A DNA stretch of 64,000 bases from Acidobacteriaceae bacterium (GTDB lineage: Bacteria > Acidobacteriota > Terriglobia > Terriglobales > Acidobacteriaceae). Position numbers and translations under genes: made by a program. The notes under the pieces were generated by a model. The model did no database searches, had not been told where the DNA came from, and saw only the letters and a program-made list of their open reading frames with translations. Shown in pieces: positions 54,395 through 63,328 of the stretch. The first letter of the stretch is position 1. Each line of letters opens with the position of its first letter. The stretch lies in NCBI GenBank assembly GCA_027307045.1, contig DAHUXR010000006.1:14185-78184 (forward strand), written 5' to 3'.

Positions 54395-54748
54395 GCGGCT
54401 ACGAAAAAACGATAAGTTCAAGTCTCTTCCCCTTCAAAGGACAATAAAACAATACAAATCCGGCAAGTACGAGCGCGTAACCAGCTTACAGTGGAGCATC
54501 ACATTTTATTGTAAGTACAGGCGGAAGAATAGAAGCAAACCCCTATCTTTGTCCATTGCGTGAGCGGGCGAGCAGAGAGAGCAAGAATGTTTGATGCTGG
54601 AAAGGGCCAAATAATGCGGTCCAGCAACTCTGCCTGCGACATCTGCCTTCCCGGAACGTGCATCCCATATTTAACCGATAGGTATTGAGTGACTCACATT
54701 TTGTGGCCGGAAATCCCGGGCACGCAAGTTCACAAGGAGCAGCTTTCT

Positions 54749-55438
54749 ATGCGCAAGATTCTACTAGCGACATCAGTGTTTGCACTGTCAGTGGGTATTG
54801 CCACGGCACAAAGCACGGGCTCAGTTACACCAAGCCCAGCAACGCCAAGCACGACTACAAGCACATCCCAGGGCACCACCAGCACACAGCCTGGAACGAC
54901 CTCAACCGGAACCACTTCAACCACAGGTTCGGGTTCAATGGGGACACTGGAAACTTCGCAGCCCGGAAGCACAACCAGCGGAAATCCTTCAGTGACTCAG
55001 GGAACGCCGGGTGTTGCAGGCAGCGCAGGATCAGTAACGGGTGGAACGCAGGGTTCCACGCAGACCCAGACCGGGACTTCGGCAACGGTGGCGCCTTGCA
55101 CGCCTGCCAACAGCACTGGAACATCGACCACGGCGAGCAGCACGCCTTCAACCGGCAACACTTCCGCAACCGCGAATAGCGGGACCGGAAGTTCTACCAG
55201 CTCGACTACCGGGTCCAGCACGACCTCCACTGCATCAGCTTCGCGTCCGAGCGGGACGTCAACGACCGTTGCTACTGCCAATCCGTGCGAGCCGGGAAGC
55301 ACCACCACGCCGAGCAGCACGACGACGCCGAGCAGCACGACGACTCCGAGCAACTCGACTGTTCCCAGCAATCCTCCCGCACCGAGCGATATGGGAACCG
55401 GATCTTCAACTCAGCCCTCGAAACCGCCTCTTAACTAG
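54749..55438 (+). CDS. Secreted Ser/Thr/Gly/Pro-rich low-complexity (mucin-like) protein
   Basis: SD 'aaggag' + ATG 54749. Signal peptide 'MRKILLATSVFALSVGIATAQ'. The remainder is almost entirely S/T/G/P, with 'TTTPSS' x3 (an 18-nt tandem repeat around 55310-55365). An intrinsic terminator follows. Confidence 0.6.
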   Translation: MRKILLATSVFALSVGIATAQSTGSVTPSPATPSTTTSTSQGTTSTQPGTTSTGTTSTTGSGSMGTLETSQPGSTTSGNPSVTQGTPGVAGSAGSVTGGTQGSTQTQTGTSATVAPCTPANSTGTSTTASSTPSTGNTSATANSGTGSSTSSTTGSSTTSTASASRPSGTSTTVATANPCEPGSTTTPSSTTTPSSTTTPSNSTVPSNPPAPSDMGTGSSTQPSKPPLN

Positions 55439-55461
55439 GCGATATCTCCGAAGTTGAAACC

Positions 55462-55497
55462 AAACGGCTGCTTTCGAGCAGCCGTTTTGCCTTTTTT
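55462..55497 (+). terminator. Intrinsic terminator
   Basis: 'aaacggctgct' (55462-55472), loop 'ttcg', 'agcagccgttt' (55477-55487), then 'tgcctttttt'. Confidence 0.75.
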
Positions 55498-55528
55498 AAA
55501 TGACGAACGAGCACTATAATCACGCACG

Positions 55529-56233
55529 ATGAATGCTCCCGCAGCCGCGCAGCAGGCACCTTCCTCTCCCAAACTTATTGCTCCCTTTTGGCATACGGCA
55601 TTGTTTCTGCTTGCGCTAGGCGTGATTGCGGCGTGGGGAGCGCATCGGCAAGGTTTGCCGACCTTTGGATCGTCGCGAGCAGTGAGCTATCTATTCACCA
55701 TGGCCTGGGAATGGCTGCTGTTTGCGCTGGCCGCCTGGGGAATAAGGCTGGGCGGAGGCTCAATTGAGAGCGTGATCGGCGAACGGTGGTCAACTGCAAA
55801 GCAATTCGGCCGTGACGTGGGAATCGGAGTCTTGTTTCTTGTGGGATCCAATATCCTTCTGGCAGGCTTGCAGGCGCTCTTGCGTCCCGGCCCAAATGCG
55901 AACATAGGCAGGCTGCTTCCCCGGAGCGCAACCGAAATCACGCTCTGGATATTTTTATCGCTTTCGGCTGGAATCTGCGAAGAATTCACTTTTCGCGGAT
56001 ATCTGCAGCAGCAGCTGAACGGCTGGCTGAAAAACGCGACGGCGGCTGTAATGATCCAGGGAGTGATCTTTGGCGCCGCTCACGCCTATCAGGGACTGAA
56101 GCTGGTATTGACGATTGTTGTGCTGGGTAGCCTTATAGGATGGCTGGCGCAATGGCGGAAAAGTACCAGGCCGGGAATGATCTCGCATTTTCTACAGGAT
56201 GCGATCGGAGGCATTGTCCTAGGACGACACTGA
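55529..56233 (+). CDS. CPBP family intramembrane glutamic endopeptidase (CAAX protease-like)
   Basis: 'SAGICEEFTFRGYL' (EExxxR motif) and 'FGAAHAY' in a 6-7 TM protein. Confidence 0.8.
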   Translation: MNAPAAAQQAPSSPKLIAPFWHTALFLLALGVIAAWGAHRQGLPTFGSSRAVSYLFTMAWEWLLFALAAWGIRLGGGSIESVIGERWSTAKQFGRDVGIGVLFLVGSNILLAGLQALLRPGPNANIGRLLPRSATEITLWIFLSLSAGICEEFTFRGYLQQQLNGWLKNATAAVMIQGVIFGAAHAYQGLKLVLTIVVLGSLIGWLAQWRKSTRPGMISHFLQDAIGGIVLGRH

Positions 56234-56305
56234 GCCGATTATGGATTTATTTTGGCCATCCACAGACCTGATACATTTTTGGGAGCGGCGGATTTTGCGG
56301 GAAAT

Positions 56306-56344
56306 AAAAAAGAGCGGCGAAATGCGCGCCGCCGCCCTTTTTAA
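56306..56344. terminator. Bidirectional terminator-like hairpin
   Basis: 'aaaaagagcggcg' (56306-56318) pairs with 'cgccgcccttttt' (56330-56342) with one mismatch. A-run/T-run flanks serve either direction. It lies between convergent genes. Confidence 0.55.
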
Positions 56345-56355
56345 GGGGAGAAAAC

Positions 56356-56787
56356 TTATTTCTTCTTGAGCAGGAAGCCGGCCGCGAACATGGCCACGGC
56401 GCCAAGAAGCCACTCAATACGCCATAGCTGTACGGCCTGCCAGTCGAGCAGCGTGGTAGCGGTAAAGACAAAGCCGGTCACGATTGCGGCGATGACGCAG
56501 GCGAATCCCATGACCAGGGCGACCAATGAAGCATTGCTCTGCCCCAGCGCTTCACGCAGAGAGGCAAAGTCTATCCAGGCGCGCACACCAGTAACGGCAT
56601 TGGCCGCCAGATTGGCATGGCGGTCCGCACCGCAGACATAACAGAAACGCGATCCCAGAACAAAGTCCGTGCCACACTCCTGGCACACCTGATCTGTAGT
56701 TTCAGCCGCTGCTGCTTCGTGCCGCGGGGCTACCGCTGGTTTCCAGAACTCCTGACGTTCCTCATAATTTGGTGCCAGATGTGCCAT
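56356..56787 (-). CDS. Zinc-ribbon + two-TM membrane protein, function unknown
   Basis: 'CQECGTDFVLGSRFCYVCG' CxxC..CxxC, followed by two hydrophobic helices. Confidence 0.6.
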   Translation of the reverse strand: MAHLAPNYEERQEFWKPAVAPRHEAAAAETTDQVCQECGTDFVLGSRFCYVCGADRHANLAANAVTGVRAWIDFASLREALGQSNASLVALVMGFACVIAAIVTGFVFTATTLLDWQAVQLWRIEWLLGAVAMFAAGFLLKKK

Positions 56788-56933
56788 TTAGCAAAACCCC
56801 AAAGTCTTACTGATGTAAGGGCAAATCTAGGGCCAAAGACGGAGGGAACGTAACCCTATGGGGGCCATCAACTTACAGTTTTAACCATGGCCGATAGGAC
56901 AATGTACCCGGAAAATCTTACGTTGTAAAAGGT

Positions 56934-57215
56934 TCAGGCTTCGCGACGCCGGGGCATCCGAAGGATCTTTGGATTGTCCCTGGTTTTGCTCCAAAAACCG
57001 AGTAACACCAGATCGGCTTCACAGAACGTAAGGTCCTGCGGGCGAGGGCTGCCGTCGTTGAATATGTACTCGTCCAGGAGCGTGTAAAGCTCGTTTAAGG
57101 GGATGTTGAGGTAGCCAGCGGCCTCGGGTTCCGTATAGAACTCTTTGACTGGCTTGAGCGGTCTGGTCATAATTTTGTCTTCCGTATCCTTATCGTTCGG
57201 GATGCGGGGGAGCAA
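56934..57215 (-). CDS. Hypothetical small protein (possible HTH)
   Basis: 'EPEAAGYLNIPLNELYTLL' resembles an excisionase/MerR-type helix-turn-helix. The start is uncertain (TTG 57215 or ATG 57170). Confidence 0.4.
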   Translation of the reverse strand: MLPRIPNDKDTEDKIMTRPLKPVKEFYTEPEAAGYLNIPLNELYTLLDEYIFNDGSPRPQDLTFCEADLVLLGFWSKTRDNPKILRMPRRREA

Positions 57216-57530
57216 GATGTTTGTACCGTGTCTAACCGGGCTAAGATATCAGGTAAACTGCCCGATAAGGGGCCACATGAAACCTTACCCGCTAAGGCCT
57301 TCCTTATTACCGAGGTAATCGCGTTTTTGAAGCGAGAAATCTCCTGCGTAGCCGCAGCCACGGCAAATAACCGGTAATTGCTTAAGGAGAGCCCCTGATT
57401 CCCCAAGCAAGCGGCAGAAATCCGGAGTTCTGCCAAACTTAAGCTCAGATTACTCCTATTGAACCGAAACGACCCGGAATACGTATCATGGTTAGAGCGG
57501 CCTGAAGGCGCTAAAAGCGAGGAGGGAAAT

Positions 57531-57851
57531 ATGTATTGCAATTACTGTGGCAAGGTAATCCCCGACGATTCAAACCTTTGCGCCTATTGCGGCAAGAGAG
57601 TAGCAGGCGTGATTGCCCGTGAGCGGCTGGTGCGTCCCCGCCAGGGCCGCAAGATTGCGGGTGTGTGCGCGGGACTTGCAGAATACTATGACCTGGACGC
57701 GACGCTGATCCGCATTGTGTGGGCCGTATGCGTGATATGCGGAGGAGTGGGTCTTTTGGCTTACATTGCCGCCTGGATCATCATTCCGGAAGAACCCTTG
57801 ATGCTGGCGGCAGCCCCGCCGGCTACGCAGGATCGAGTGGCGAACAGATAG
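57531..57851 (+). CDS. Zinc-ribbon + PspC domain membrane protein
   Basis: SD 'gaggaggg' + ATG 57531. 'YCNYCGKVIPDDSNLCAYCG'. PspC core 'RKIAGVCAGLAEYYDLDATLIRIVWAV', then a TM helix. Confidence 0.75.
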   Translation: MYCNYCGKVIPDDSNLCAYCGKRVAGVIARERLVRPRQGRKIAGVCAGLAEYYDLDATLIRIVWAVCVICGGVGLLAYIAAWIIIPEEPLMLAAAPPATQDRVANR

Positions 57852-57906
57852 AACAAAAGCCACCCCGAACGCGGGTGGCTGATGTGGTTATTCGAAATCC
57901 CTGAAT

Positions 57907-58968
57907 TTATCTCTTGCTGGCGACGTATGCCTGGGCCTGTTCCAGCATTTTGCGCGCCTTTTCACTATTCGGCCCTTGAGGATCTTTTTGCAGGTAGGCC
58001 TGCAACGCTGTCATGGCTTCAGGAAATTGCTTCAGGGCCAGAAGCGCATGGGCGCGCAGCAAGGAGATGAGCGGATAGTCCGCAGGAGCCAGACTTTGCG
58101 CCCGCTCCAACTGCCGCAGCGCATCAGGATAATCGGCCTTTCCGATATACGACTTTCCCATTTCAAAATAGCCCTGCCAAAAATTTGGGGCCAAAGACTG
58201 GCCGCGCTGGAGGCTGCGGATAGCTTCGTCAAACTTTCCTTGCATGTTTAACGCGGAACCCATGACCAGATAAGCCATGGGATAGTTGCCGTCAGCCTGG
58301 ATGGCCTTATCGACGTCTGCGATGGCGGCTTGAGAATCCTGCTGGTTCAGCGCCAGCACGCCGCGCAACGTAAGAGCCTCAGCATAATTCGGGCAGAGTT
58401 CCAGCGCCCTGGCAAGGTGCTTGTGAGCATCATCCATCTTGCCCTTTTCCACGGCCTCATGCGCCTTGCGATAGGCTTCACGCGCTTTTGCGGGAACACG
58501 ATACTGTGCGATTGAAATTGAACTACCTTCGACTCCGTCAGTGGGCTTGCCCGCGCCCTGCATGCGAACGTTTACGCTATTGGAGAAGTTGCTGGCGTCA
58601 ACACGCTCAGAAGCCTGCTGCAAGCCCGCAGTGGCAATGACAGTGTATGTTCCCGGTGAAAGACGGCTGAACTCAAAACGCCCGGACACACCGGTATACA
58701 TCGAGCCCACCACGACGCCATTTGCGTCCGAGAGCTCAACACGCACATCTTTCAAGCCGTTCCTTTGCGTATCCTGCACCGTGCCGCTGATAGAACGATT
58801 GTCCGCGTGCGCGGAGCTGAACGGGGAGTTGTTCCCTCTTATGCCCGCTTGATTGGAAAATGGCGATTGCGAGGGCAGCGATGGGTCCATGCCCATCCTT
58901 TGCGCTGAAAGACAAAGAGTGCAGCTTACAAATGCCAAAGAGAGAACGATCACCCGTGGGGTCTTCAT
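57907..58968 (-). CDS. Secreted carboxypeptidase-regulatory-like domain + TPR repeat protein
   Basis: Signal peptide. 'ISGTVQDTQRNGLKDVRVELSDANGVVVGSMYTGVSGRFEFSRLSPGTYTV' (CarboxypepD_reg-like beta sandwich). At least 5 TPR units. Confidence 0.75.
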   Translation of the reverse strand: MKTPRVIVLSLAFVSCTLCLSAQRMGMDPSLPSQSPFSNQAGIRGNNSPFSSAHADNRSISGTVQDTQRNGLKDVRVELSDANGVVVGSMYTGVSGRFEFSRLSPGTYTVIATAGLQQASERVDASNFSNSVNVRMQGAGKPTDGVEGSSISIAQYRVPAKAREAYRKAHEAVEKGKMDDAHKHLARALELCPNYAEALTLRGVLALNQQDSQAAIADVDKAIQADGNYPMAYLVMGSALNMQGKFDEAIRSLQRGQSLAPNFWQGYFEMGKSYIGKADYPDALRQLERAQSLAPADYPLISLLRAHALLALKQFPEAMTALQAYLQKDPQGPNSEKARKMLEQAQAYVASKR

Positions 58969-59189
58969 AACAACCTGCTACATTTGAATTGTCACGAAGA
59001 GGAAATTCTGGAAAGGGGCCAGGGCCTGACCGGAGTGCCTCTTGTTGGCATCGCGCTTCCGCACGAATGCTGACAAATGAGAGTGTGTATGAAATATGAG
59101 AGTTGTATTTGAGTGAACATTCCACGAATAATATTTTTTGGCGCATACGGGCAACTTGAACGCAATTTTTTCGGGGAGAAAATATTTAG

Positions 59190-60464
59190 GTGATCATCCG
59201 TCCGGCAAAGAACATACTGGGCGCGCTGCGGCTGCCTGGCGATAAATCAATTTCCCATCGTTACGCCATGCTGGCGGCGATTGCCGCAGGCACAACACGT
59301 CTGGCAAACTTTTCCACCGGAGCCGATTGCGCCAGTACAGTCGCATGCGTCCAGCAGCTTGGCTGCGCGGTACGAAGAAATCAGGATGGCACGCTGGAGA
59401 TCGCCGGACGAGAGCAGTTGCAAGCGCCGGCGAGCAGCCTGGACTGCGGCAATTCCGGTTCGACGATGCGCATGCTTTCCGGCATCCTGGCGGGCCAGAA
59501 TTTCAGCTGCGTTCTACATGGCGACGAATCACTCACGCGGCGTCCGATGGGACGCATTATGACGCCGCTGCGGCTAATGGGAGCGGAGATTACCGCAGGC
59601 GCGGGGGATCGGCCTCCGCTGCATATTCGCGGCGGCGAATTACGGGCGATCAATTACACCACGCCAATCGCCAGCGCGCAGGTGAAATCCGCAGTGCTGT
59701 TTGCCGGACTGTTTGCCGAAGGCGAAACCAGCGTTGACGAGCCACACAGAACCCGTGACCACACAGAACAGGCTTTGCGCGCTTTTGGCGTGGAGATTTC
59801 CCGCAGCAAGAATCGAGTGACGATAGCAGGCGGAGAGAAGCTCACGTCGATCCAAGCCGCTGTTCCGGGCGATATTTCTTCCGCCGCTTTCTTCATGTGC
59901 GCAGCGGCATTGTTTCCCGGCTCGAACCTGGTGATTGAAAGCCTGCTGCTCAACCCAACGCGCGCTTCCCTGCTGGACGTGCTCAAGCTGCTGGGCGCTC
60001 GACTTTCAGTGATCAATCTGGAAGAACATCACGGCGAGCTGGTGGGAACGGTCAAGATAGAACACAGTAAGTTGACGGGAATCACCATTGAAGGAGCGCA
60101 GTCTGTGGCGCTGATCGACGAACTGCCAGTGCTCGCGGCCATCGGCCCGTACACGCGCGATGGCATTGATATCCGCGATGCGAAGGAGCTGCGCGTAAAA
60201 GAGTCTGATCGCATTGCGCTGGTGGCGAAGAACCTGCGCGCGATGGGAGCTGAATGCGAAGAGCGCGAAGACGGATTGCGTGTTCCGGGAAATCAGAAGC
60301 TGCACGGAGCGGAAATAGATTCAGGCGGCGATCACAGGATTGCTATGGCGTTTGCTGTGGCTGCGCTCCGGGCTGAAGGCGAAAGCGTGATTCACGGAGC
60401 GGACTCAGCAAAGATTTCATTCCCGGAATTTTTTGAGATGATGGAGAGTGTTACTGAACGATAG
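59190..60464 (+). CDS. aroA: 3-phosphoshikimate 1-carboxyvinyltransferase (EPSP synthase)
   Basis: 'LPGDKSISHRYAMLAA', 'CGNSGSTMRML', 'LTRRPMGRI', 'DHRIAMAFAV'. GTG start with 'ggggaga' upstream. Confidence 0.92.
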   Translation: MIIRPAKNILGALRLPGDKSISHRYAMLAAIAAGTTRLANFSTGADCASTVACVQQLGCAVRRNQDGTLEIAGREQLQAPASSLDCGNSGSTMRMLSGILAGQNFSCVLHGDESLTRRPMGRIMTPLRLMGAEITAGAGDRPPLHIRGGELRAINYTTPIASAQVKSAVLFAGLFAEGETSVDEPHRTRDHTEQALRAFGVEISRSKNRVTIAGGEKLTSIQAAVPGDISSAAFFMCAAALFPGSNLVIESLLLNPTRASLLDVLKLLGARLSVINLEEHHGELVGTVKIEHSKLTGITIEGAQSVALIDELPVLAAIGPYTRDGIDIRDAKELRVKESDRIALVAKNLRAMGAECEEREDGLRVPGNQKLHGAEIDSGGDHRIAMAFAVAALRAEGESVIHGADSAKISFPEFFEMMESVTER

Positions 60465-60465
60465 C

Positions 60466-60752
60466 ATTCAGCCTTCAGCACTCAGCATTCAGTCCCGAAA
60501 CAAGGCCGCTGAGGACAAGCTTGAAACGCGGAGGAAACGAGGGAGCGGAGGAATGTGGTTAAAAGAGATAGTTTGGTTTTCTGATAGAGGGACGCAAATC
60601 AGCAAATAGCAAACCAGTAGATATAAGATCTAAAAATAGTTACCTGCCAAGTTCAATTTCCTCTGCTTACTCCCTCCGTGCGTGTTCTTAAAAGTTTTTT
60701 GTCACTCAGTAACACTGTTCCGGGGCTGAATGCTGAGTGCTGACGGCTGATG
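60466..60752. repeat. ~290-nt imperfect palindromic element bounded by inverted heptamer arrays
   Basis: Left array attcagc/cttcagc/actcagc/attcagt (60466-60493). Right array gctgaat/gctgagt/gctgacg/gctgatg (60725-60752). They are complementary at 24 of 28 positions. Inner purine-rich arms (60525-60554) partially match a pyrimidine-rich arm (60657-60686). The centre is AT-rich. Confidence 0.65.
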
Positions 60753-60757
60753 CTTAA

Positions 60758-62065
60758 TCAAAAAACCAGATTTTCTTTCGTCAGCTTCAGCCCATCCAGA
60801 TTTCCCAGCACTGTTACCGCGACTTTATCAGGATGGAAAAGCGCATTCGCCATTTCGCAGACTTCTTCTCCGGTGACGGATTCAATCTGGTCGATGGTTT
60901 CATCGAGGCTGAAGAAGCGTTCAAAATACATTTCCTGGCGCGCCAGATTTGACATTCGCGAAGTGCTGGATTCAAGGCTCAGCATTAGTCCGCCCTTCAG
61001 CTGGTCTTTGGCGCGGCGCAGCTCGTCGGCTGGAATGGGCGCTGACTTAAGCTCAAGAAATTCCGCAAGAATGTGGTCCACAACCTGCCGCACCGATTCC
61101 ACGGACGTGCCAGCGTAAATCGCCATGCAGCCGGTGTCGCGATAAGGGTTGAGGTCGCTGTAAATCGAATACACCAGGCCTTGCTCTTCACGGATCTTCT
61201 GGAACAGCCGTGAGCTCATGCCGCCGCCGAGCAATGTATTCAATATGTAGGAAGCATGCCGGTTTTCGTGGGCGATGGGATGAGACGGCACACCCACGCA
61301 AATCTGCACCTGCTCCAGCGACTTCTTGTTGCGCATGATGACCCGCGCAGTAACGGCCGGCGCAGGCACGTGGAAGCCGTTGGGCATGCGTTGCAGCGTG
61401 GCGAAGCGTTCTTTGATCAGGTCCACAAACGCATGATGGTTCAGATTGCCGGCGGCTGAAATAATAATGTTGTTCGGCGCAAAATGCTGGCGATAATACT
61501 TGAACAGCTTCTCCTGCTCAAAGGAGCGGACAGTCTCTTTCGTCCCCAGGATCGGCTTGCCCAGAGGATGGTCTTTCCAGAAATTCTGGGTAAAGATTTC
61601 ATGCACCAGATAATCGGGATTGTCTTCATCCATTTTGATCTCTTCAAGAATCACGCCCTTTTCGCGCGTGATGTCCTTGGGATCGAACGTTGGATTCAGG
61701 ACCAAGTCGCTGAGAATATCGACGGCAATCGGCAAATGCTCATCCAGGACTTTAATATTGAAGCAGATGGTTTCCTTGCCGGTGAACGCGTCCATGTTGC
61801 CCCCGATGGAATCCACCTGGCGGGCGATATCACGCGCCGTGCGTGTCTTGGTCCCTTTAAAGACCATGTGCTCGGTGAAGTGCGAAATGCCATTCAGCTC
61901 GGGCGACTCATCGCGCGAACCAGTCTTCATCCAGATTCCAATGGCAATGGAACGGATGTGGGCCATCTCTTCACTCAGCACGATCAGGCCGTTGGGCAAA
62001 ACTTCGCGCTTGATGTTTCTGGGCTCGGTCAAAGGGGGTCGGGTTAGGACTGCGGTTTCCATCAC
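60758..62065 (-). CDS. M16 family (pitrilysin/insulinase-like) zinc peptidase
   Basis: Inverted zinc motif 'GISHFTEHMVFKGT' (HxxEH). 435 aa with two M16 halves. The start is GTG 62065 or ATG 62062. Confidence 0.9.
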   Translation of the reverse strand: MMETAVLTRPPLTEPRNIKREVLPNGLIVLSEEMAHIRSIAIGIWMKTGSRDESPELNGISHFTEHMVFKGTKTRTARDIARQVDSIGGNMDAFTGKETICFNIKVLDEHLPIAVDILSDLVLNPTFDPKDITREKGVILEEIKMDEDNPDYLVHEIFTQNFWKDHPLGKPILGTKETVRSFEQEKLFKYYRQHFAPNNIIISAAGNLNHHAFVDLIKERFATLQRMPNGFHVPAPAVTARVIMRNKKSLEQVQICVGVPSHPIAHENRHASYILNTLLGGGMSSRLFQKIREEQGLVYSIYSDLNPYRDTGCMAIYAGTSVESVRQVVDHILAEFLELKSAPIPADELRRAKDQLKGGLMLSLESSTSRMSNLARQEMYFERFFSLDETIDQIESVTGEEVCEMANALFHPDKVAVTVLGNLDGLKLTKENLVF

Positions 62066-62210
62066 AGGTTCACATTTGATTCTTACACACTGGAAATGGT
62101 CGCACGAGTAATTATATGTTTATATTATTCAACAACTTACTTACACCTTAGGCGAATCCGGCGCTTTTTGGCCCTTAACGTGTAGAATTTAAGGTGTAGT
62201 CGACCTCCAC

Positions 62211-63302
62211 ATGCCTGACCCGCTCCAAGACGGCCTTCTAGGCCTTGATTATCAAGAGCTTAGCAGCATTGCACAAAAATTTGGGCAGCCGGAATTCCGG
62301 GCGCGCCAGCTTTTTGACGCTCTCTATCCCCAGCGGCTCCCGGCGCTCGACTCCGTCTCAACGTTGCCCAAGCCGTTTCGCGCGGCGCTGCAACAAGAAG
62401 GTCTCGACATCAAGCACCCGCGCGTCGAGAAAAGTTTCCAATCCACTGACGGCACCATCCGCTACCTGATCTCCATGGCCGACGCAGAAACCGTTGAGAC
62501 CGTCTGGATGCCGGAAGGCGATGACGGTGAAACCGGTGATGGCACTGAAGCCGGCGACTCTGAGTGGCATCGCGCAACGATCTGCGTTTCCAGCCAGGTG
62601 GGTTGCGCCGTGAATTGCCAGTTCTGCCTTACGGCGTTGCTGGGCGTAAAACGCAACCTCAGCGCCGGAGAAATCGTTGGCCAGGTCATTGCCGTGCTCA
62701 ATGACCGCCAGGTTGATATGGAGCGCCAGCGCGTCAACATCGTTTTTATGGGCATGGGCGAACCGTTTCTCAACTATCCCAACTTCATCAAGGCCGTGCG
62801 GCTGCTGGTGGAAGGCGTGGGCTTTCCGGAATCGCGCATGACGGTCTCGACTTCCGGGATTCTTCCTCGCATTCACGACTTTGGCGCCGAGCCGGTCCGT
62901 CCCAAGCTGGCCATTTCGCTCAACGCTTCCAATGACCAGGTCCGCGGCAGCATCATGCCCATCAACAAAAAGTGGAACCTGGAAATGCTGATGCAGGCCG
63001 CGCGTGACTTCCCTCTCCGCAACCGCGAGCGCATCACGTTTGAATACGTGCTGCTCGCCGGCGTGAATGACAGCCCTGCTCACGCCCGGGAAGTGATTGA
63101 ATTGCTGCGCGGTATCCGCTGCAAGGTAAATCTCATCGCGCTCAATCCGGGGCCAGGCATCCAGTTCGGCACGCCGGCGGAACAGAGCGTTCAGATTTTC
63201 AAAGACCTGCTGGTCAAAGCGGGTATTCCGGCGTTTGTGCGCCGTCCGCGCGGGCGGGATATTTACGCCGCGTGCGGACAGTTGAAGAGAACAGTAGCGT
63301 AG
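62211..63302 (+). CDS. rlmN: 23S rRNA/tRNA adenine-C2 methyltransferase (radical SAM)
   Basis: 'FRARQLFDALY', radical SAM 'CAVNCQFC', 'NIVFMGMGEP', 'ISLNA', 'ACGQL'. Confidence 0.92.
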   Translation: MPDPLQDGLLGLDYQELSSIAQKFGQPEFRARQLFDALYPQRLPALDSVSTLPKPFRAALQQEGLDIKHPRVEKSFQSTDGTIRYLISMADAETVETVWMPEGDDGETGDGTEAGDSEWHRATICVSSQVGCAVNCQFCLTALLGVKRNLSAGEIVGQVIAVLNDRQVDMERQRVNIVFMGMGEPFLNYPNFIKAVRLLVEGVGFPESRMTVSTSGILPRIHDFGAEPVRPKLAISLNASNDQVRGSIMPINKKWNLEMLMQAARDFPLRNRERITFEYVLLAGVNDSPAHAREVIELLRGIRCKVNLIALNPGPGIQFGTPAEQSVQIFKDLLVKAGIPAFVRRPRGRDIYAACGQLKRTVA

Positions 63303-63328
63303 CTTTGCACAAAAACCCAAACCCCTAC

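Noticed and set aside
54685-55457. Multiple overlapping ORFs in all frames across the Ser/Thr-rich gene (for example 54685..55179 +, 55041..55457 +, 54997..55371 -).
   Set aside because: The low-complexity repeat DNA keeps every frame open. Only the frame starting at 54749 has an SD, a signal peptide and a terminator.
57167-57541. 124-aa minus-strand ORF spanning the 57216-57530 intergenic region.
   Set aside because: It overlaps the starts of both flanking genes, has a Ser/Leu/Arg-rich composition, and has no SD or recognisable motif.
60466-60752. Heptamer and 9-mer tandem arrays (also 63329-63426 and 25260-25320) considered as CRISPR arrays.
   Set aside because: The repeat units are 7-11 nt and contiguous, with no spacers. 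No cas genes are present in the window.
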